DNA of 64,000 nt from a virus: IMG/VR virus record IMGVR_UViG_3300043178_000087, one strand, 5' to 3'. A program made the position numbers and the translations under genes. The notes below the pieces were generated by a model that was given only the letters and a program-made list of their open reading frames with translations, made no database searches and was not told where the DNA came from. Shown here piece by piece: positions 1 through 10,200 of this stretch (position 1 is its first letter; each line of letters begins with the position of its first letter).

Positions 1-549
1 AAGACGGTCAACATCGGTATCCGGGCAACTGCACAATGTGCAGTCAGGATCCTGCTGAACGACGACGTGTATTTCCAGACGGACGCCTGCTCCAAACTTG
101 TGGGGGCGTTCGCCGACCCGAACGTCTGGGTGGCCGGAGTACGGCTGTTGTACCCTGACGGCCGTGTCCAACATGGCGGAGCGCACCACGACTTTCGGCA
201 CTGCCACGTTGGCAAATGCGCCGACGACCCCGCGGTTGCGGTGGACCGGGACATCTTCGCTGTGACCGGGGCGCTCATGGGTCTGTCCAACGAGCTGCTC
301 TCCAAGATTGGCGGCCTGGACGAATCGTTTGGCCTTGCGTGGGAAGACTCTGATCTGTGCATGCAGGCGCATCGGTTTGGAAAACGCGTCCGCTATATTG
401 GATCTACGTGGGCGTACCACGAGGAAAGCGGGACGCGCCGAGGCGGCAACGTCGATTGGAATCGGTGGGAATCCGACGGGGCAAGTCATTTCCAAAAGAA
501 GTGGGGCCCCAAAGACGATTGGCCCAAGGTGAAGCTTAGAACGCTGTGA
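1..549 (+). CDS. GT2-family glycosyltransferase (5'-partial)
   Basis: Frame is open from base 1. Motifs NIGIRA..ILLNDD, AVTGALMG, GGLDESFGLAWEDSDLC are typical of GT2. Confidence 0.85.
   Translation, partial: KTVNIGIRATAQCAVRILLNDDVYFQTDACSKLVGAFADPNVWVAGVRLLYPDGRVQHGGAHHDFRHCHVGKCADDPAVAVDRDIFAVTGALMGLSNELLSKIGGLDESFGLAWEDSDLCMQAHRFGKRVRYIGSTWAYHEESGTRRGGNVDWNRWESDGASHFQKKWGPKDDWPKVKLRTL
28..44. promoter_or_regulatory. Palindrome copy 1 ACTGCA-CAATG-TGCAGT
   Basis: One of six copies of the same 17-bp dyad; lies inside the GT2 ORF. Confidence 0.55.
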
Positions 550-558
550 GGTTGAGTC

Positions 559-1191
559 GTGGAGAATGTGCTCCCCGTACTGACTGAAGAGCTTCTCCGG
601 GCTGCCCCGCCTGACCCAACCCCTGATCTTCGGGGGATGATCTCGGCGAGGGTCAAGGTTCTGCTTAATCGCTTGGTAGCCCAGCTACCGGCCGATGAGG
701 CTTATTTGGAGATCGGTTGCTGGCAAGGTGCCAGCGCACTGTCGGCACTCAGGGGAAATCTTGGTGCGACCGCCTACGTCTGCGACAAGTTCTCCGAGTT
801 TACCGACGCCGATCCTAGGGCGAAGTTCTTCGCCAACAAGAAGAGGTACGAGGGCGTCGTTCCTGACTTCACCTTTTTCGATATGGTCAGCTTCGAGCTT
901 TGCAAATTGGAGCGTCCGTTCGCGAAGCCTATTGGGGTATATCTCTACGACGGCGATCACTCCGAACAAAGTCAAGCGCGGGCGCTTATCGAGTACCGGA
1001 AGTTTCTGGCTAAGCAGGTTGTTTTCATAGTGGACGATTGGAATTGGGAGCGGGTCCGTGCCGGGACGTGGAAAGCCATCGACGCCGTCCGCCCCAAAGA
1101 CATTTGGTTCCGAGAGCTTCCCTCAGACGGAAACAAAGACCAGCAGAATTTTTGGAATGGCGTCGGGGCATTTTACCTCGTGCTGGAGTAG
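559..1191 (+). CDS. Class I SAM-dependent methyltransferase (Methyltransf_24-like)
   Basis: YLEIGCWQGAS (motif I), YLYDGDHS, FIVDDWNW. Confidence 0.85.
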   Translation: MENVLPVLTEELLRAAPPDPTPDLRGMISARVKVLLNRLVAQLPADEAYLEIGCWQGASALSALRGNLGATAYVCDKFSEFTDADPRAKFFANKKRYEGVVPDFTFFDMVSFELCKLERPFAKPIGVYLYDGDHSEQSQARALIEYRKFLAKQVVFIVDDWNWERVRAGTWKAIDAVRPKDIWFRELPSDGNKDQQNFWNGVGAFYLVLE

Positions 1192-1193
1192 TT

Positions 1194-1937
1194 GTGCGAG
1201 TAGCTGCTAGAACGCACGGGCGAGCCGGGAACGACATGTTCCGATATGCGTTTCTTCGGCTGTTTGCGGAGCGTCGTCAGCTTCTTTGGAGCTTCTCGGA
1301 TCTTCGCGGTCATCTTCGGGCGCTGTTCCCAGATCTTTCCATGGGAACTACGTCAGCGCCGGAGACGGCACCGTGGTATTTGGTGGAAGACACCGCCAAC
1401 GTGGATGCGCTACTTGAGTCCGGCAAATGGGCTTGGGTGGGCTATTTCCAAGATGCTGCTGCCTTTGAGACCATCTACGAAGGTAGAGACTGCATTTTGG
1501 GCTGGTACACTCAGTCCGCCGAAGCGCGGGAGAAGGCCAAGGTATTTTGGGCAGAGCGCAAAGGGGTTTGCTGTGTCAATGTTCGCGGCGGTGATTTTCT
1601 ACCTCGCGGTGTCGGCATAGGGCCGGAATGGTACGCACGGGCATTTGATTTTGCCCGCAGCAGGCTTGGAAGCAGCGTGGCTTTTCAAGCTGTAACCGAC
1701 GACCCGGCTTATGCTCGCAAGGTTCTTGGGCCGGACGTGCCGATCTACCACGAATCTCCAGCGTACGATTTCGCGCTCCTTACCGAGGCCCCGGCCATAA
1801 TCCAGAGCAACTCGACGTTCTGCTGGTGGGCATCCTTCCTGAACAGCACCCGTCTTGTGGTGACGCCGACTGGGAAGGGAAAGATGTGGCACACGTTCTC
1901 ACGAGCGGCAGGAAGAATGGGCTGGAGCTTGTTGTGA
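1194..1937 (+). CDS. GT11 alpha-1,2-fucosyltransferase-like protein
   Basis: GRAGNDMFRYA, GYFQD, NVRGGDF, AVTDDP, IQSNSTFCWWASFL. GTG start inferred just after the upstream stop. Confidence 0.85.
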   Translation: MRVAARTHGRAGNDMFRYAFLRLFAERRQLLWSFSDLRGHLRALFPDLSMGTTSAPETAPWYLVEDTANVDALLESGKWAWVGYFQDAAAFETIYEGRDCILGWYTQSAEAREKAKVFWAERKGVCCVNVRGGDFLPRGVGIGPEWYARAFDFARSRLGSSVAFQAVTDDPAYARKVLGPDVPIYHESPAYDFALLTEAPAIIQSNSTFCWWASFLNSTRLVVTPTGKGKMWHTFSRAAGRMGWSLL

Positions 1938-2668
1938 AGATCTCCTTCTGCACCACCTGCATGGGCCGCGCCCATCACCTGAAGGAAACGCTGCCGAAGA
2001 ACTTGGTGGATAACGCCGATTGCCCAGATTTGGAATACGTAGTACTGGACTACAACTCCACAGATGGCCTCGAAGCTTGGATGCGCCACTTCCTTGCGTC
2101 TAGCCCCCACGCCGACCGCGTGTCATATTACCGAGAGCGGACAGCCAAGTTCTTTGATCCGCGCCATGCCAAGAACGCCGCGCATCTTCTTGCTGCCGGT
2201 AGCGTGGTGGTAAACATCGACGCCGACAACTTCACCGGCCCGGGATATGCCAGCGAATTGAAAAAAATCTTCAGCGCTCCTGATAGAATTATCGTGACGA
2301 GCAAGACTGGAATCCGAAGTATGTGCGGTAAAATTGCTCTTCGCAAGGAAGACTTCGTGTCCCTTCGCGGATACGACGAGCTGTTTCGTGGGTTTGGTTG
2401 GGAGGATCCCGATCTGGTTAATCGAGCTGTTGCTACCGGTTTTAAGGAGGTTAAGATTAAGTGGAGCGGAGAGGCCGTTATCGACCACTGCAACGAGGAG
2501 AGGGTCAAAAATCTTGAGGACAAGACTCCCACGGGATCGTCGCCTGCGTTCAACCGTCGAAGAGCGCAGGCTCGGGTTCCTGGCAGCCTCTTGAACCCCA
2601 GAGGTTTTGGTATGCTGACAGTCTATTGCGGTCTGTCTACCTCTGTTTGCCACGTTGGAATTGCTTGA
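1934..2668 (+). CDS. GT2 glycosyltransferase with GT7C-like C-terminus
   Basis: ISFCTTCMGR, VVLDYNSTD, VNIDADNF, GYDELFRGFGWEDPDL. Confidence 0.85.
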   Translation: MKISFCTTCMGRAHHLKETLPKNLVDNADCPDLEYVVLDYNSTDGLEAWMRHFLASSPHADRVSYYRERTAKFFDPRHAKNAAHLLAAGSVVVNIDADNFTGPGYASELKKIFSAPDRIIVTSKTGIRSMCGKIALRKEDFVSLRGYDELFRGFGWEDPDLVNRAVATGFKEVKIKWSGEAVIDHCNEERVKNLEDKTPTGSSPAFNRRRAQARVPGSLLNPRGFGMLTVYCGLSTSVCHVGIA

Positions 2669-4038
2669 TGACTTATACAGTCGTCGATCTCGGGTCGAAA
2701 AAGTGCGGCGCTATAGACGTTTTCAGGAAGCGCCACAAGGGAACTTTTGGCGGCTTTGCTGATCTTTCCCCTGAAAAGTGCGTGGCGGTGGACCGGAACG
2801 AATCGTGCCGAGAGGAGGCCGTTCGTCGCGGCTACACGTTCATGAAAGCTGACGTCATGGACCCGGCGTTCGAGTGGCCGCGTGCCGGGTATTACCTGGC
2901 GTGGGACTTTCTTGAGCATCTGCCGTCCTTGGACGATTCGGATCGGATCTTGCGACGCATGGTGGAGCGCTCGACCCACGGAGTCTGGCTGCGCATGCCG
3001 TCCTTTGAGGCCGATGCCATAAGAAAGCTTGACGATCTGGGCCTCAGATACTCATGGACCACGTGGGCAGGACACCGGTCGCCCTACACCGTCGACCGGG
3101 CCGCGTCGGTGATAGAGGCGGTTCCCGGCTGGCGGATAATCAAAAGGTGTGCGGTTACTACGATTGCTGCCACGACGGACGAACACATCGTTCCCAAGAG
3201 TGCGTCGTTTGAATCCGTCCGTTATGATGCGTCGATGGGGCCGAAGCCGGAGGTGACCTTCAAGCCGCCTTTACCCGCTGTTACGGACGTAGTTGGGGTC
3301 CTGACCCGGGCTGCGATCCCCATTGAGCGCTGGGAAACTACGTATTCCAAGCTTATCGCGCTGCTGACGGTCGGGACGCCTTTTTCGTTCAACAGGTTCG
3401 GCGACGGGGAGTGGCGCGCTCTTCTGGCGTTTGACTGCGAATGGTCAGGTCGCTTCGCGAAGAATAAGCGGGTTTCTTGCGGGCTACACGGGACAGACGC
3501 GAATATGGCTGCTGCGTTGAAAACCGTGATTCTGGACAGGCAGGCGTCTGTATTGGGCCTGCAGCCGCTGACCGCTCGGGTTATGGGCGACGCGGTGAGC
3601 GAGTGGCTGACCAGACACAACAGAAATGAGAAGTCGTGGGCGAACTCCGACGCGCTGCACTACGCCAGCATGACCGGGCGCTTGGGCGAGTTCGTCAGCC
3701 TTGCCAAGCCTCGGAAACCGGTGCTGGTAGGCCCGGCGCATCTCTCCGCGATCAAAACAGCGCTGGGAGTTCTTGAGCACGTCGTAATTCCGGATTCGGA
3801 CTGCTGGCAGGTACTTTCGGATATTGAGGCCCGGACGGACGCCGCCATCGCCAATGTTGTGGACGGGGGCATCGTTTTCATTTCCGCAGGGCCTGCTGCC
3901 AAGGTTTTGATTCACCGGCTGGTAGCCAAGCACGGCTCTCGCTGCTCGTTCGTCGACACCGGAGCTGTCTGGGACGTCTACGTGGGCAAGAGCACGCGAC
4001 GCTACCATTCAAAGGTGAACGTGGGGCAGCTCGCTTGA
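2668..4038 (+). CDS. Methyltransferase-like domain fused to GT-D-fold (DUF1792-like) glycosyltransferase
   Basis: N-terminus VVDLGS..VAVD..KADV..WDFLEHL. C-terminus FSFNRFGDGEW..FISAGPAAKVL..FVDTGAVWD. Confidence 0.7.
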   Translation: MTYTVVDLGSKKCGAIDVFRKRHKGTFGGFADLSPEKCVAVDRNESCREEAVRRGYTFMKADVMDPAFEWPRAGYYLAWDFLEHLPSLDDSDRILRRMVERSTHGVWLRMPSFEADAIRKLDDLGLRYSWTTWAGHRSPYTVDRAASVIEAVPGWRIIKRCAVTTIAATTDEHIVPKSASFESVRYDASMGPKPEVTFKPPLPAVTDVVGVLTRAAIPIERWETTYSKLIALLTVGTPFSFNRFGDGEWRALLAFDCEWSGRFAKNKRVSCGLHGTDANMAAALKTVILDRQASVLGLQPLTARVMGDAVSEWLTRHNRNEKSWANSDALHYASMTGRLGEFVSLAKPRKPVLVGPAHLSAIKTALGVLEHVVIPDSDCWQVLSDIEARTDAAIANVVDGGIVFISAGPAAKVLIHRLVAKHGSRCSFVDTGAVWDVYVGKSTRRYHSKVNVGQLA

Positions 4039-6410
4039 TCTACTACAGCATCCCGTGGGACAGCTCGATGAACATCGGGCAGTACTACAATCGCTTCATG
4101 GAAGCGCTCCCGGCGGACAGCGACGTGGCCTGCTTCTTGGACGGAGATGCGTGTTTCACGACCACGTATTACGGCAGGCAGCTAGAGGCCATCCTGGGCA
4201 GATACCCGGAAAGTGGCTTGTTTGCGGGCATGACGAATCGTGTCGGGTGCCGCTGGCAGACGGTCGCCGAAGCTGACAAGAAATCCAACGACATCGAATA
4301 CCATCGAGAACTCGGGGCGCGAATCGCGGCGCGGTCGTGGGACTCGTGCGTACCTGTCCAGTACTCCCCGACCGAGCTGATGAGCGGCGTACTGTTCATG
4401 CTCCGAAAGGCTACGTGGAAACAGGCGGGCGGATTCCCTGAAAAGGGGATGCTGGGGGTGGATAACGAGATACACCGCCGGGTTGCGGAGCTTGGCCTCC
4501 CCGTGATGCTCATGAGCGGGGTGTACGTCTACCACTGGTATAGGGGTGGAAAGCCGGATGCGAACAAGCACCTTAAAATGGCCCGGCAGGCGGTCTACAC
4601 GGTGATCACGCGGGGGTACGACACGCTGAAAGAGCCTACCGTGGTTACGCCGGGTTGGGACTACGTGTGCTTTACCGACGACCCAACCCTCACCTCTCGT
4701 GTGTGGGAAATTCGTCGCTTTCCGACGGAGGCAGATCCGGTCCGAGCTGCGCGTCGCAGGAAGATCCTGCCGCAGGAATTCATGCCGGAATACGATCTGA
4801 CGGTGTGGGTTGATGGTCATCTTGGCATTGCGTGCGACCTGTCGGAACTGGTCAAACGGTTTCATAAGGATACCTTGCTGACTGTGATGTCCCACCCTGA
4901 CCGAGAGTGCGTCTACGACGAAGCCGATGCCTGCAAAGAACAGAAGAAGGATGACCCGGCCGTCATCGACCGGCAAATCGCGTCCATCAGAGCTGCCGGA
5001 TACCCGGCGAAAAATGGGATGGTGGCGACTGGCATGCTGATCCGCGACAATCGCAATCCAGACCTACGCAAAATGGCATTTGAGTGGTGGAACATGGTGG
5101 CGGAAGGAAGCCGCCGAGATCAGCTCAGCTTCAACTACGTTGCGTGGAAGGCGTCGATCCGGTTTGGAATGGCCCCGTGGTCGGAGATCATCGGGACATG
5201 GTTGACGAAATCTAAGCATAAGGCGGTTCGAGGACCGGTCGCCTCCGCCACGGTCGCGCCCGCGCCTGTCGTGAAACCGGTAAGCGCTGCGGCTTTCGGG
5301 CCCGCGATAACGTACGAGGCAGCTCAGAAGCAGGCACGTCTCAAGCGCCGCGGTACATCTTGCGTAGATCGGATGGTCTGGGCAAATAGTAATTTCAACT
5401 ATGGATCTTCCTTGTCTCACGTCAGCCGGGAGAGCGTCCGGTGGCTGGCCCAAGCCGGTGTGCCAATCAGTGCGTGGGCTTGGGATGGGGCCGGAAAGCT
5501 GCCCGTGCAGCTGCCGGTCTTCTCGAAAGCGCATCTGAAGACGTCGGCCGTGATCGTGATGGACCGGATCCCCATGCCGATGAGCGTGTGGGACAAAATG
5601 AAATTTCAGGCTCCGTTCATCGCGGCCTATTACATGTGCGAAGGGACGCGGGTCAAAGACGCGGACATAATCCGGCTTGAGAGGTACGACGCCGTCTTCG
5701 TCCCCACCCAGTTCTGTTACCGGGCCTTGATCGAATCCGGCCTGAAAACCCCGGTGTTCGTCTGGGGACACGGCTTCGACCACAAAGTGTTCCCGTACGT
5801 GGAGCCTGAGCCTAACCGGCCGTTCACGTACCTGTGGTATGGAGACGAGAACCGACGGAAAGGTTACGACCTGTTCTTGAAGGCGTTCTGCGAACTCAAG
5901 GTTCCGAACGTCCGGGCGTGGGTCCGGAGCCCTGGTTCTGGCTTCTTGTCCAAGCTTTCGGACTTCTACCGGCACCGGAAGGACATCGTGTTCGACACCC
6001 GTGTCACGCCGCCGGAACAGCTCAAGGAGCTGATGAAGGAAGCAGACGTGGTGGTCGGCCCGCACCGTGGGGAAGGCTTCGGCCTGTGCGTCATGGAGGC
6101 CATGGCCTGCGGCCGCCCTGCCATCATGACCCGCTGGTCCGGCCCGCTGGATTACGGCGGCGGGGATGACATCACCTACTGGGTGGACACCGACGGATAC
6201 GAGCCTGCCCAGTTCGACGTCGGGGTGCAGGCACGGCCGGACTTCAAGAAGCTTGTGCAGCTGATGTCCAAGGCCGCCCTGGAGCCCGAAGAGGTCCGCC
6301 GCCGTGGTATACTCGCCAGCAAACACATCCACGAGAATTGGAGATGGGAGCAGAAGGTGATGGACGTCTTGCCGGTCCTTCGCCAGTTGATCCCCGGCTG
6401 TAAGCTGTGA
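4035..6410 (+). CDS. Three-domain glycosyltransferase: GT-A + DUF616 (TOD1/MUCI70-like) + GT4
   Basis: CFLDGDAC. AVYTVITRGYD..VCFTD..RKILP..WVDG..RDQLSFNY. RKGYDLF..RGEGFGLCVMEAMACG. Confidence 0.8.
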   Translation: MIYYSIPWDSSMNIGQYYNRFMEALPADSDVACFLDGDACFTTTYYGRQLEAILGRYPESGLFAGMTNRVGCRWQTVAEADKKSNDIEYHRELGARIAARSWDSCVPVQYSPTELMSGVLFMLRKATWKQAGGFPEKGMLGVDNEIHRRVAELGLPVMLMSGVYVYHWYRGGKPDANKHLKMARQAVYTVITRGYDTLKEPTVVTPGWDYVCFTDDPTLTSRVWEIRRFPTEADPVRAARRRKILPQEFMPEYDLTVWVDGHLGIACDLSELVKRFHKDTLLTVMSHPDRECVYDEADACKEQKKDDPAVIDRQIASIRAAGYPAKNGMVATGMLIRDNRNPDLRKMAFEWWNMVAEGSRRDQLSFNYVAWKASIRFGMAPWSEIIGTWLTKSKHKAVRGPVASATVAPAPVVKPVSAAAFGPAITYEAAQKQARLKRRGTSCVDRMVWANSNFNYGSSLSHVSRESVRWLAQAGVPISAWAWDGAGKLPVQLPVFSKAHLKTSAVIVMDRIPMPMSVWDKMKFQAPFIAAYYMCEGTRVKDADIIRLERYDAVFVPTQFCYRALIESGLKTPVFVWGHGFDHKVFPYVEPEPNRPFTYLWYGDENRRKGYDLFLKAFCELKVPNVRAWVRSPGSGFLSKLSDFYRHRKDIVFDTRVTPPEQLKELMKEADVVVGPHRGEGFGLCVMEAMACGRPAIMTRWSGPLDYGGGDDITYWVDTDGYEPAQFDVGVQARPDFKKLVQLMSKAALEPEEVRRRGILASKHIHENWRWEQKVMDVLPVLRQLIPGCKL

Positions 6411-6754
6411 CGATCATCAACGGAACCTTGATGGGGGATCCTTGCGAGGCTCCCTTCATCTCCCTTCAGGGCATCCTCGTCCAGCTCGACGCGTTCATCA
6501 AACGTGGGGACTGCGGATTGGTGGATGCTCCGGACGTCCTGACAGCGCAAGCATGGAAGGGCATCGTGCAGGTGCTCATCCTCGAAGGCCCGGAGTACCC
6601 GCAGTTCAAGAAGGAGCCGTTCATCAACCGGGTGACGGACGTCTTTAAGTCCATCCAGACCCCGGAACTCCAGAGGATCGCCTCCCAGCTTCAGGTATAC
6701 CTGTATCGGCACGGGTTGGTATACGGGCAGATGCCGAGGGCGATGCGGACATGA
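6407..6754 (+). CDS. Hypothetical protein
   Basis: Overlaps both neighbours by 4 nt; phage-like codon usage. Confidence 0.6.
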   Translation: MTIINGTLMGDPCEAPFISLQGILVQLDAFIKRGDCGLVDAPDVLTAQAWKGIVQVLILEGPEYPQFKKEPFINRVTDVFKSIQTPELQRIASQLQVYLYRHGLVYGQMPRAMRT

Positions 6755-7320
6755 CTGACGTTCTGGCCGTTGATCTTGACGACACGGTTGTCGATGCCAC
6801 GGATCGGGTGGCCGCCGCCCTCCGGGACATCGGCGTGGAGCCGGGTTCCGACCCGTCGGCCACGGTGGACTCCCTGCCGGGGAAGCAGAAATCGGCCTTC
6901 TTCCAGATCTTCCAGTCCGAGAAGTACACGGACCTCGACAAGCCCAACATCGGGGCCATCGCCAAGATCCGGGAGGTGGCCAAGGAGACGGGTCTTCCGG
7001 CGGTCATCGTAACCGGGCGGCTGGACTCCATGATGAACTCCGTCAACAAGGCCGCCGGGATGCTGGGAATCCCGGTCAAGGACGTGATCGTCCGCAAGGA
7101 GTCCGAGCGAAAGCGCAAGACCTCCGAGTACAAGGTTTCGGAGATGAAGGCGCGTGGATACCGGCCGGTCCACGTGTTCGACGACGACGAAGGCAATCTG
7201 GCGGCTTTTGCCGCCGAGTGGCCGGACATCAAGCTTCATCATGTGAAGGGTGGAACTGTCTCGGAGATGCGCCGCCTTGAGGTTCTTCTTGGTGAACTCC
7301 GGACGTGGGTTCTGGCTTGA
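6751..7320 (+). CDS. HAD-superfamily phosphatase
   Basis: AVDLDDTV (DxD), IVTGR, conserved K, VFDDD. Confidence 0.8.
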   Translation: MTDVLAVDLDDTVVDATDRVAAALRDIGVEPGSDPSATVDSLPGKQKSAFFQIFQSEKYTDLDKPNIGAIAKIREVAKETGLPAVIVTGRLDSMMNSVNKAAGMLGIPVKDVIVRKESERKRKTSEYKVSEMKARGYRPVHVFDDDEGNLAAFAAEWPDIKLHHVKGGTVSEMRRLEVLLGELRTWVLA

Positions 7321-7370
7321 TCCTTCGCGTCACCACGGCTATACTTAGCTGAACCGGAGGGAGGCGAAGT

Positions 7371-7823
7371 TTGGGAACTCGGATCAGGGCGTTCCAGATC
7401 GACCCGTCCGTATTCTCCCTTGTCACCGTCACCTTCCAGCAGGAAGCCGGATCCAACCTCGACACCGGACGGGTCGTCCGGTACACCGGCGACGGCATCG
7501 TGGATCTGGCCGACAATACCAACCAAACAAACGCCGGAGTAGTCGGCATCACGGCGGCGGCCATCCCCATCTCGACGCAAGGCCCCATCCAGTTTTCCGG
7601 GCTCATGGATGTCGAGATGGAGCTGGGTCTTACGTTGCTGTTCGGCGATATCTTGTATGTCGGGTCCTCCGGCATGGGGACCAATATCCAGACGTTGACC
7701 TCTGGTGAGGCCAACTGCAGGATCGGGCGGGTGTCCGACAGCTCGGCGTACAATCCCGGCGGCCCGTCTCCGCAGTACGTCAAGGTTGCGGTTAATATCG
7801 ACTATCCGATTGTGAATCCGTAG
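7371..7823 (+). CDS. Putative virion structural protein (DUF2190-like beta fold)
   Basis: VVGITAA..GDILYVGSSG..IGRV resembles the C-terminus of the next ORF. GGAGG RBS. Confidence 0.5.
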   Translation: MGTRIRAFQIDPSVFSLVTVTFQQEAGSNLDTGRVVRYTGDGIVDLADNTNQTNAGVVGITAAAIPISTQGPIQFSGLMDVEMELGLTLLFGDILYVGSSGMGTNIQTLTSGEANCRIGRVSDSSAYNPGGPSPQYVKVAVNIDYPIVNP

Positions 7824-7840
7824 ACTGCACAGTGTGCAGT
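7824..7840. promoter_or_regulatory. Palindrome copy 2 ACTGCA-CAGTG-TGCAGT
   Basis: Intergenic, immediately after a stop codon and 32 nt before the fibre-like gene. Confidence 0.65.
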
Positions 7841-7872
7841 TGGTCTTGAGGTAGGAAAGAGGAGGAAGCACC

Positions 7873-10125
7873 GTGGCGAATCGTACGCCGATTTTCCTGA
7901 ATACGGGTGGCTCGCTTGCCGGGGTCAGCTCGACGGCTGACAACCTGCTGGCGGCGGGCGTCCAGTCGGGCACTGCGACCGATTTGTCGCTGAGCCGGAC
8001 GGGCGCGGCCGGTACGACCGTCACGGTGGGAGCTGCGGCAGTCACCCTGGGCTCGTCTTTGGCATCCCTCGACGTGGGCGCTTCGACGTTCAACCTTGCG
8101 AACACCACGGCTACGACGCTGAACATCGGCGGCGCAGCCACGGCCATTAACATGGGCGTGACGAACGGCACGACGACGATCACCGGCAACGTGACCATTT
8201 CCCAGAACCTGACAGTAAACGGTACGACGACCACGACCCACTCCGAGCAGGTGCTGATCGACGACAACCACCTGTACCTGAACAACGCGTACAACACGGT
8301 GGTTGCCCAGACCGGCGGCCTGGTGGTGAACTACCTGCCCACGTCCACCAATGACACGGTTGCAGCGGGCGGATTCGCGACTACTTCCACTGTCGCAACG
8401 ACCGGCGCGACAACGTTCAGCCCCGGCGATATCATTCAGGTCAGCGGAGCCACGAACCCCTCCAACGACGGCATCTACGAGGTCTTGACCCACGCGTCCA
8501 ACGTCTTGACCATCAACACCTCTCCGACCGAAGACTTCCTGCAGAACGTGTTCGTGGTCAGTGTCGGCGCGGTCGGTACGATCCGCAAGGTGAACGTCTC
8601 CGTCATGCGGGCGGGCACGGACGGTCTCTGGGAGGTGGCTGCGGGTTCGACCACCCCGCTCACGTTCGCGGATCTGGCTACTGGCACGTCTTCCGGCTGG
8701 ACGGATGACGGCACTGTGGTGCGGCTGACGACGGCTTCGGACAACGTCGGCATCGGCACGGCCACGCCGGGTGCTAACAAGGTCAACATCACCAACGACA
8801 CGGTCGGCGACAGGAACCTGTTGCTGGTCGAGGCGGCCTCTCAGACGGCGGCCCCCTTCCGCATCGAGACGTCGGCGTCGGCTCTTGAGTTCCAGGTTGC
8901 TGTCGGCGGTGATACCACCGTGGCTGGTGACCTTGCGGTCAACGGTGGTGATCTGACGACGACCAGCGCTACTGCGACGCTCTTCAATACGGGTGCGACA
9001 ACGTCGCTTGCCATCGGCGGGGCTTCTCCTGCCATTACCATGGGCACGAGCGGCGGCACCGTGACGGTGGCCGGTGACCTTGCGGTCAATGGGACCGCGT
9101 CGGCCGACATTACGACCACCACGGCCACGGCGTCGGTGTTCAACACGACCGCCACAACGCTGAACGTCGGCGGGGCCGCGACCACGGCCAACCTCGTTAC
9201 GGCCGGTACGACGGTCGCTCTGGGCGGATCCAGCGGCACCCTCACCATCGGCAACCCGACGATCACCGGCACGAACGCCACGACGTTCAACATGAACGGG
9301 GCCAGCCCGTCCATTGTGACGTCTTCGACCGGCACCGCCAGCGTGTTCAACACCAACGCCACCACGTTGAACCTCGGCGGCGCAGCCACCACGATCAACG
9401 CAGGTGCCGCCGCCTCCACCTTCGCGACCGGGTTCAACGCGGTCACCAGCTCTCAGGCTACGGTGGCCCTGTTCAACGCCACAACCACCACGCTGAACCT
9501 CGGCGGTGCGGCGTCCATCAACATGGGCAGCTCCGGCGGCACGACGACCGTAGCGGGCGACCTGACGGTGAATGGTGCCCTCACGCTGGGCGATTCGGCG
9601 AGCGACGATATCGCGGTGAATGCCGAATTCACCACGAGTTTGGTGCCCAACACCGACAACGCTGTTAACCTCGGCAGCTCTTCTAAGCGGTGGGCGAACC
9701 TGTTCGTCACCAATCTGGACTCTCTGTCGGTAGGCACGACGTACGTGGCCGAGACAGGCGTCGGCGTGTCGGCCAACCGGGTTGTGTACAAGATCGCCGC
9801 GGCCAACGAAGTTGCGCACGCGAACGCGACGGCGCTAAGCTCCTGCAACGCCACTGTGGGCGTCACCCGAGCGGCGGCAACTAGCGGTGCGGACGTCACG
9901 GTGGACTACGCTGGTGTGGTTACTATGGACGCCGCGACGGGCATCACGATCTCGTCCGGTGACATTGTGTACCTGGCCGCTGGCACGACCGGCGAGGTCA
10001 CCAACGTGGCTCCCACCGCTTCCGGATCCGTGGTTCTGGTGGTGGGTATCGCCAAGACCACGTCCTCTTCGGGTGGTACGTTCCTCGCCCAGTTCCAGCC
10101 CCGCACGCCCTACGTGAATCCGTAA
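7873..10125 (+). CDS. Thr-rich repetitive fibre-like virion protein
   Basis: Many TTATTLNxGGAA / VAGDLxVNG beta-repeats and a DUF2190-like C-terminus. Confidence 0.65.
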   Translation: MANRTPIFLNTGGSLAGVSSTADNLLAAGVQSGTATDLSLSRTGAAGTTVTVGAAAVTLGSSLASLDVGASTFNLANTTATTLNIGGAATAINMGVTNGTTTITGNVTISQNLTVNGTTTTTHSEQVLIDDNHLYLNNAYNTVVAQTGGLVVNYLPTSTNDTVAAGGFATTSTVATTGATTFSPGDIIQVSGATNPSNDGIYEVLTHASNVLTINTSPTEDFLQNVFVVSVGAVGTIRKVNVSVMRAGTDGLWEVAAGSTTPLTFADLATGTSSGWTDDGTVVRLTTASDNVGIGTATPGANKVNITNDTVGDRNLLLVEAASQTAAPFRIETSASALEFQVAVGGDTTVAGDLAVNGGDLTTTSATATLFNTGATTSLAIGGASPAITMGTSGGTVTVAGDLAVNGTASADITTTTATASVFNTTATTLNVGGAATTANLVTAGTTVALGGSSGTLTIGNPTITGTNATTFNMNGASPSIVTSSTGTASVFNTNATTLNLGGAATTINAGAAASTFATGFNAVTSSQATVALFNATTTTLNLGGAASINMGSSGGTTTVAGDLTVNGALTLGDSASDDIAVNAEFTTSLVPNTDNAVNLGSSSKRWANLFVTNLDSLSVGTTYVAETGVGVSANRVVYKIAAANEVAHANATALSSCNATVGVTRAAATSGADVTVDYAGVVTMDAATGITISSGDIVYLAAGTTGEVTNVAPTASGSVVLVVGIAKTTSSSGGTFLAQFQPRTPYVNP

Positions 10126-10135
10126 CCTGAACTGA

Positions 10136-10173
10136 TGGGAGGGTGGCTCCGGATGGCCGGGGTCACCCTCCCA
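10136..10173 (+). promoter_or_regulatory. Stem-loop upstream of the 10201 RBS
   Basis: TGGGAGGGTG pairs perfectly with CACCCTCCCA; no U-tract follows. Confidence 0.5.
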
Positions 10174-10200
10174 CGGCATAGACGAGAAGGAGGGTGAACC

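Noticed and set aside
7792-9819. Long minus-strand ORFs (also 21988-23838, 49081-50334, 57707-59527 and many others)
   Set aside because: They are antisense shadows of GC3-rich + strand genes, with no motifs, RBSs or promoters.
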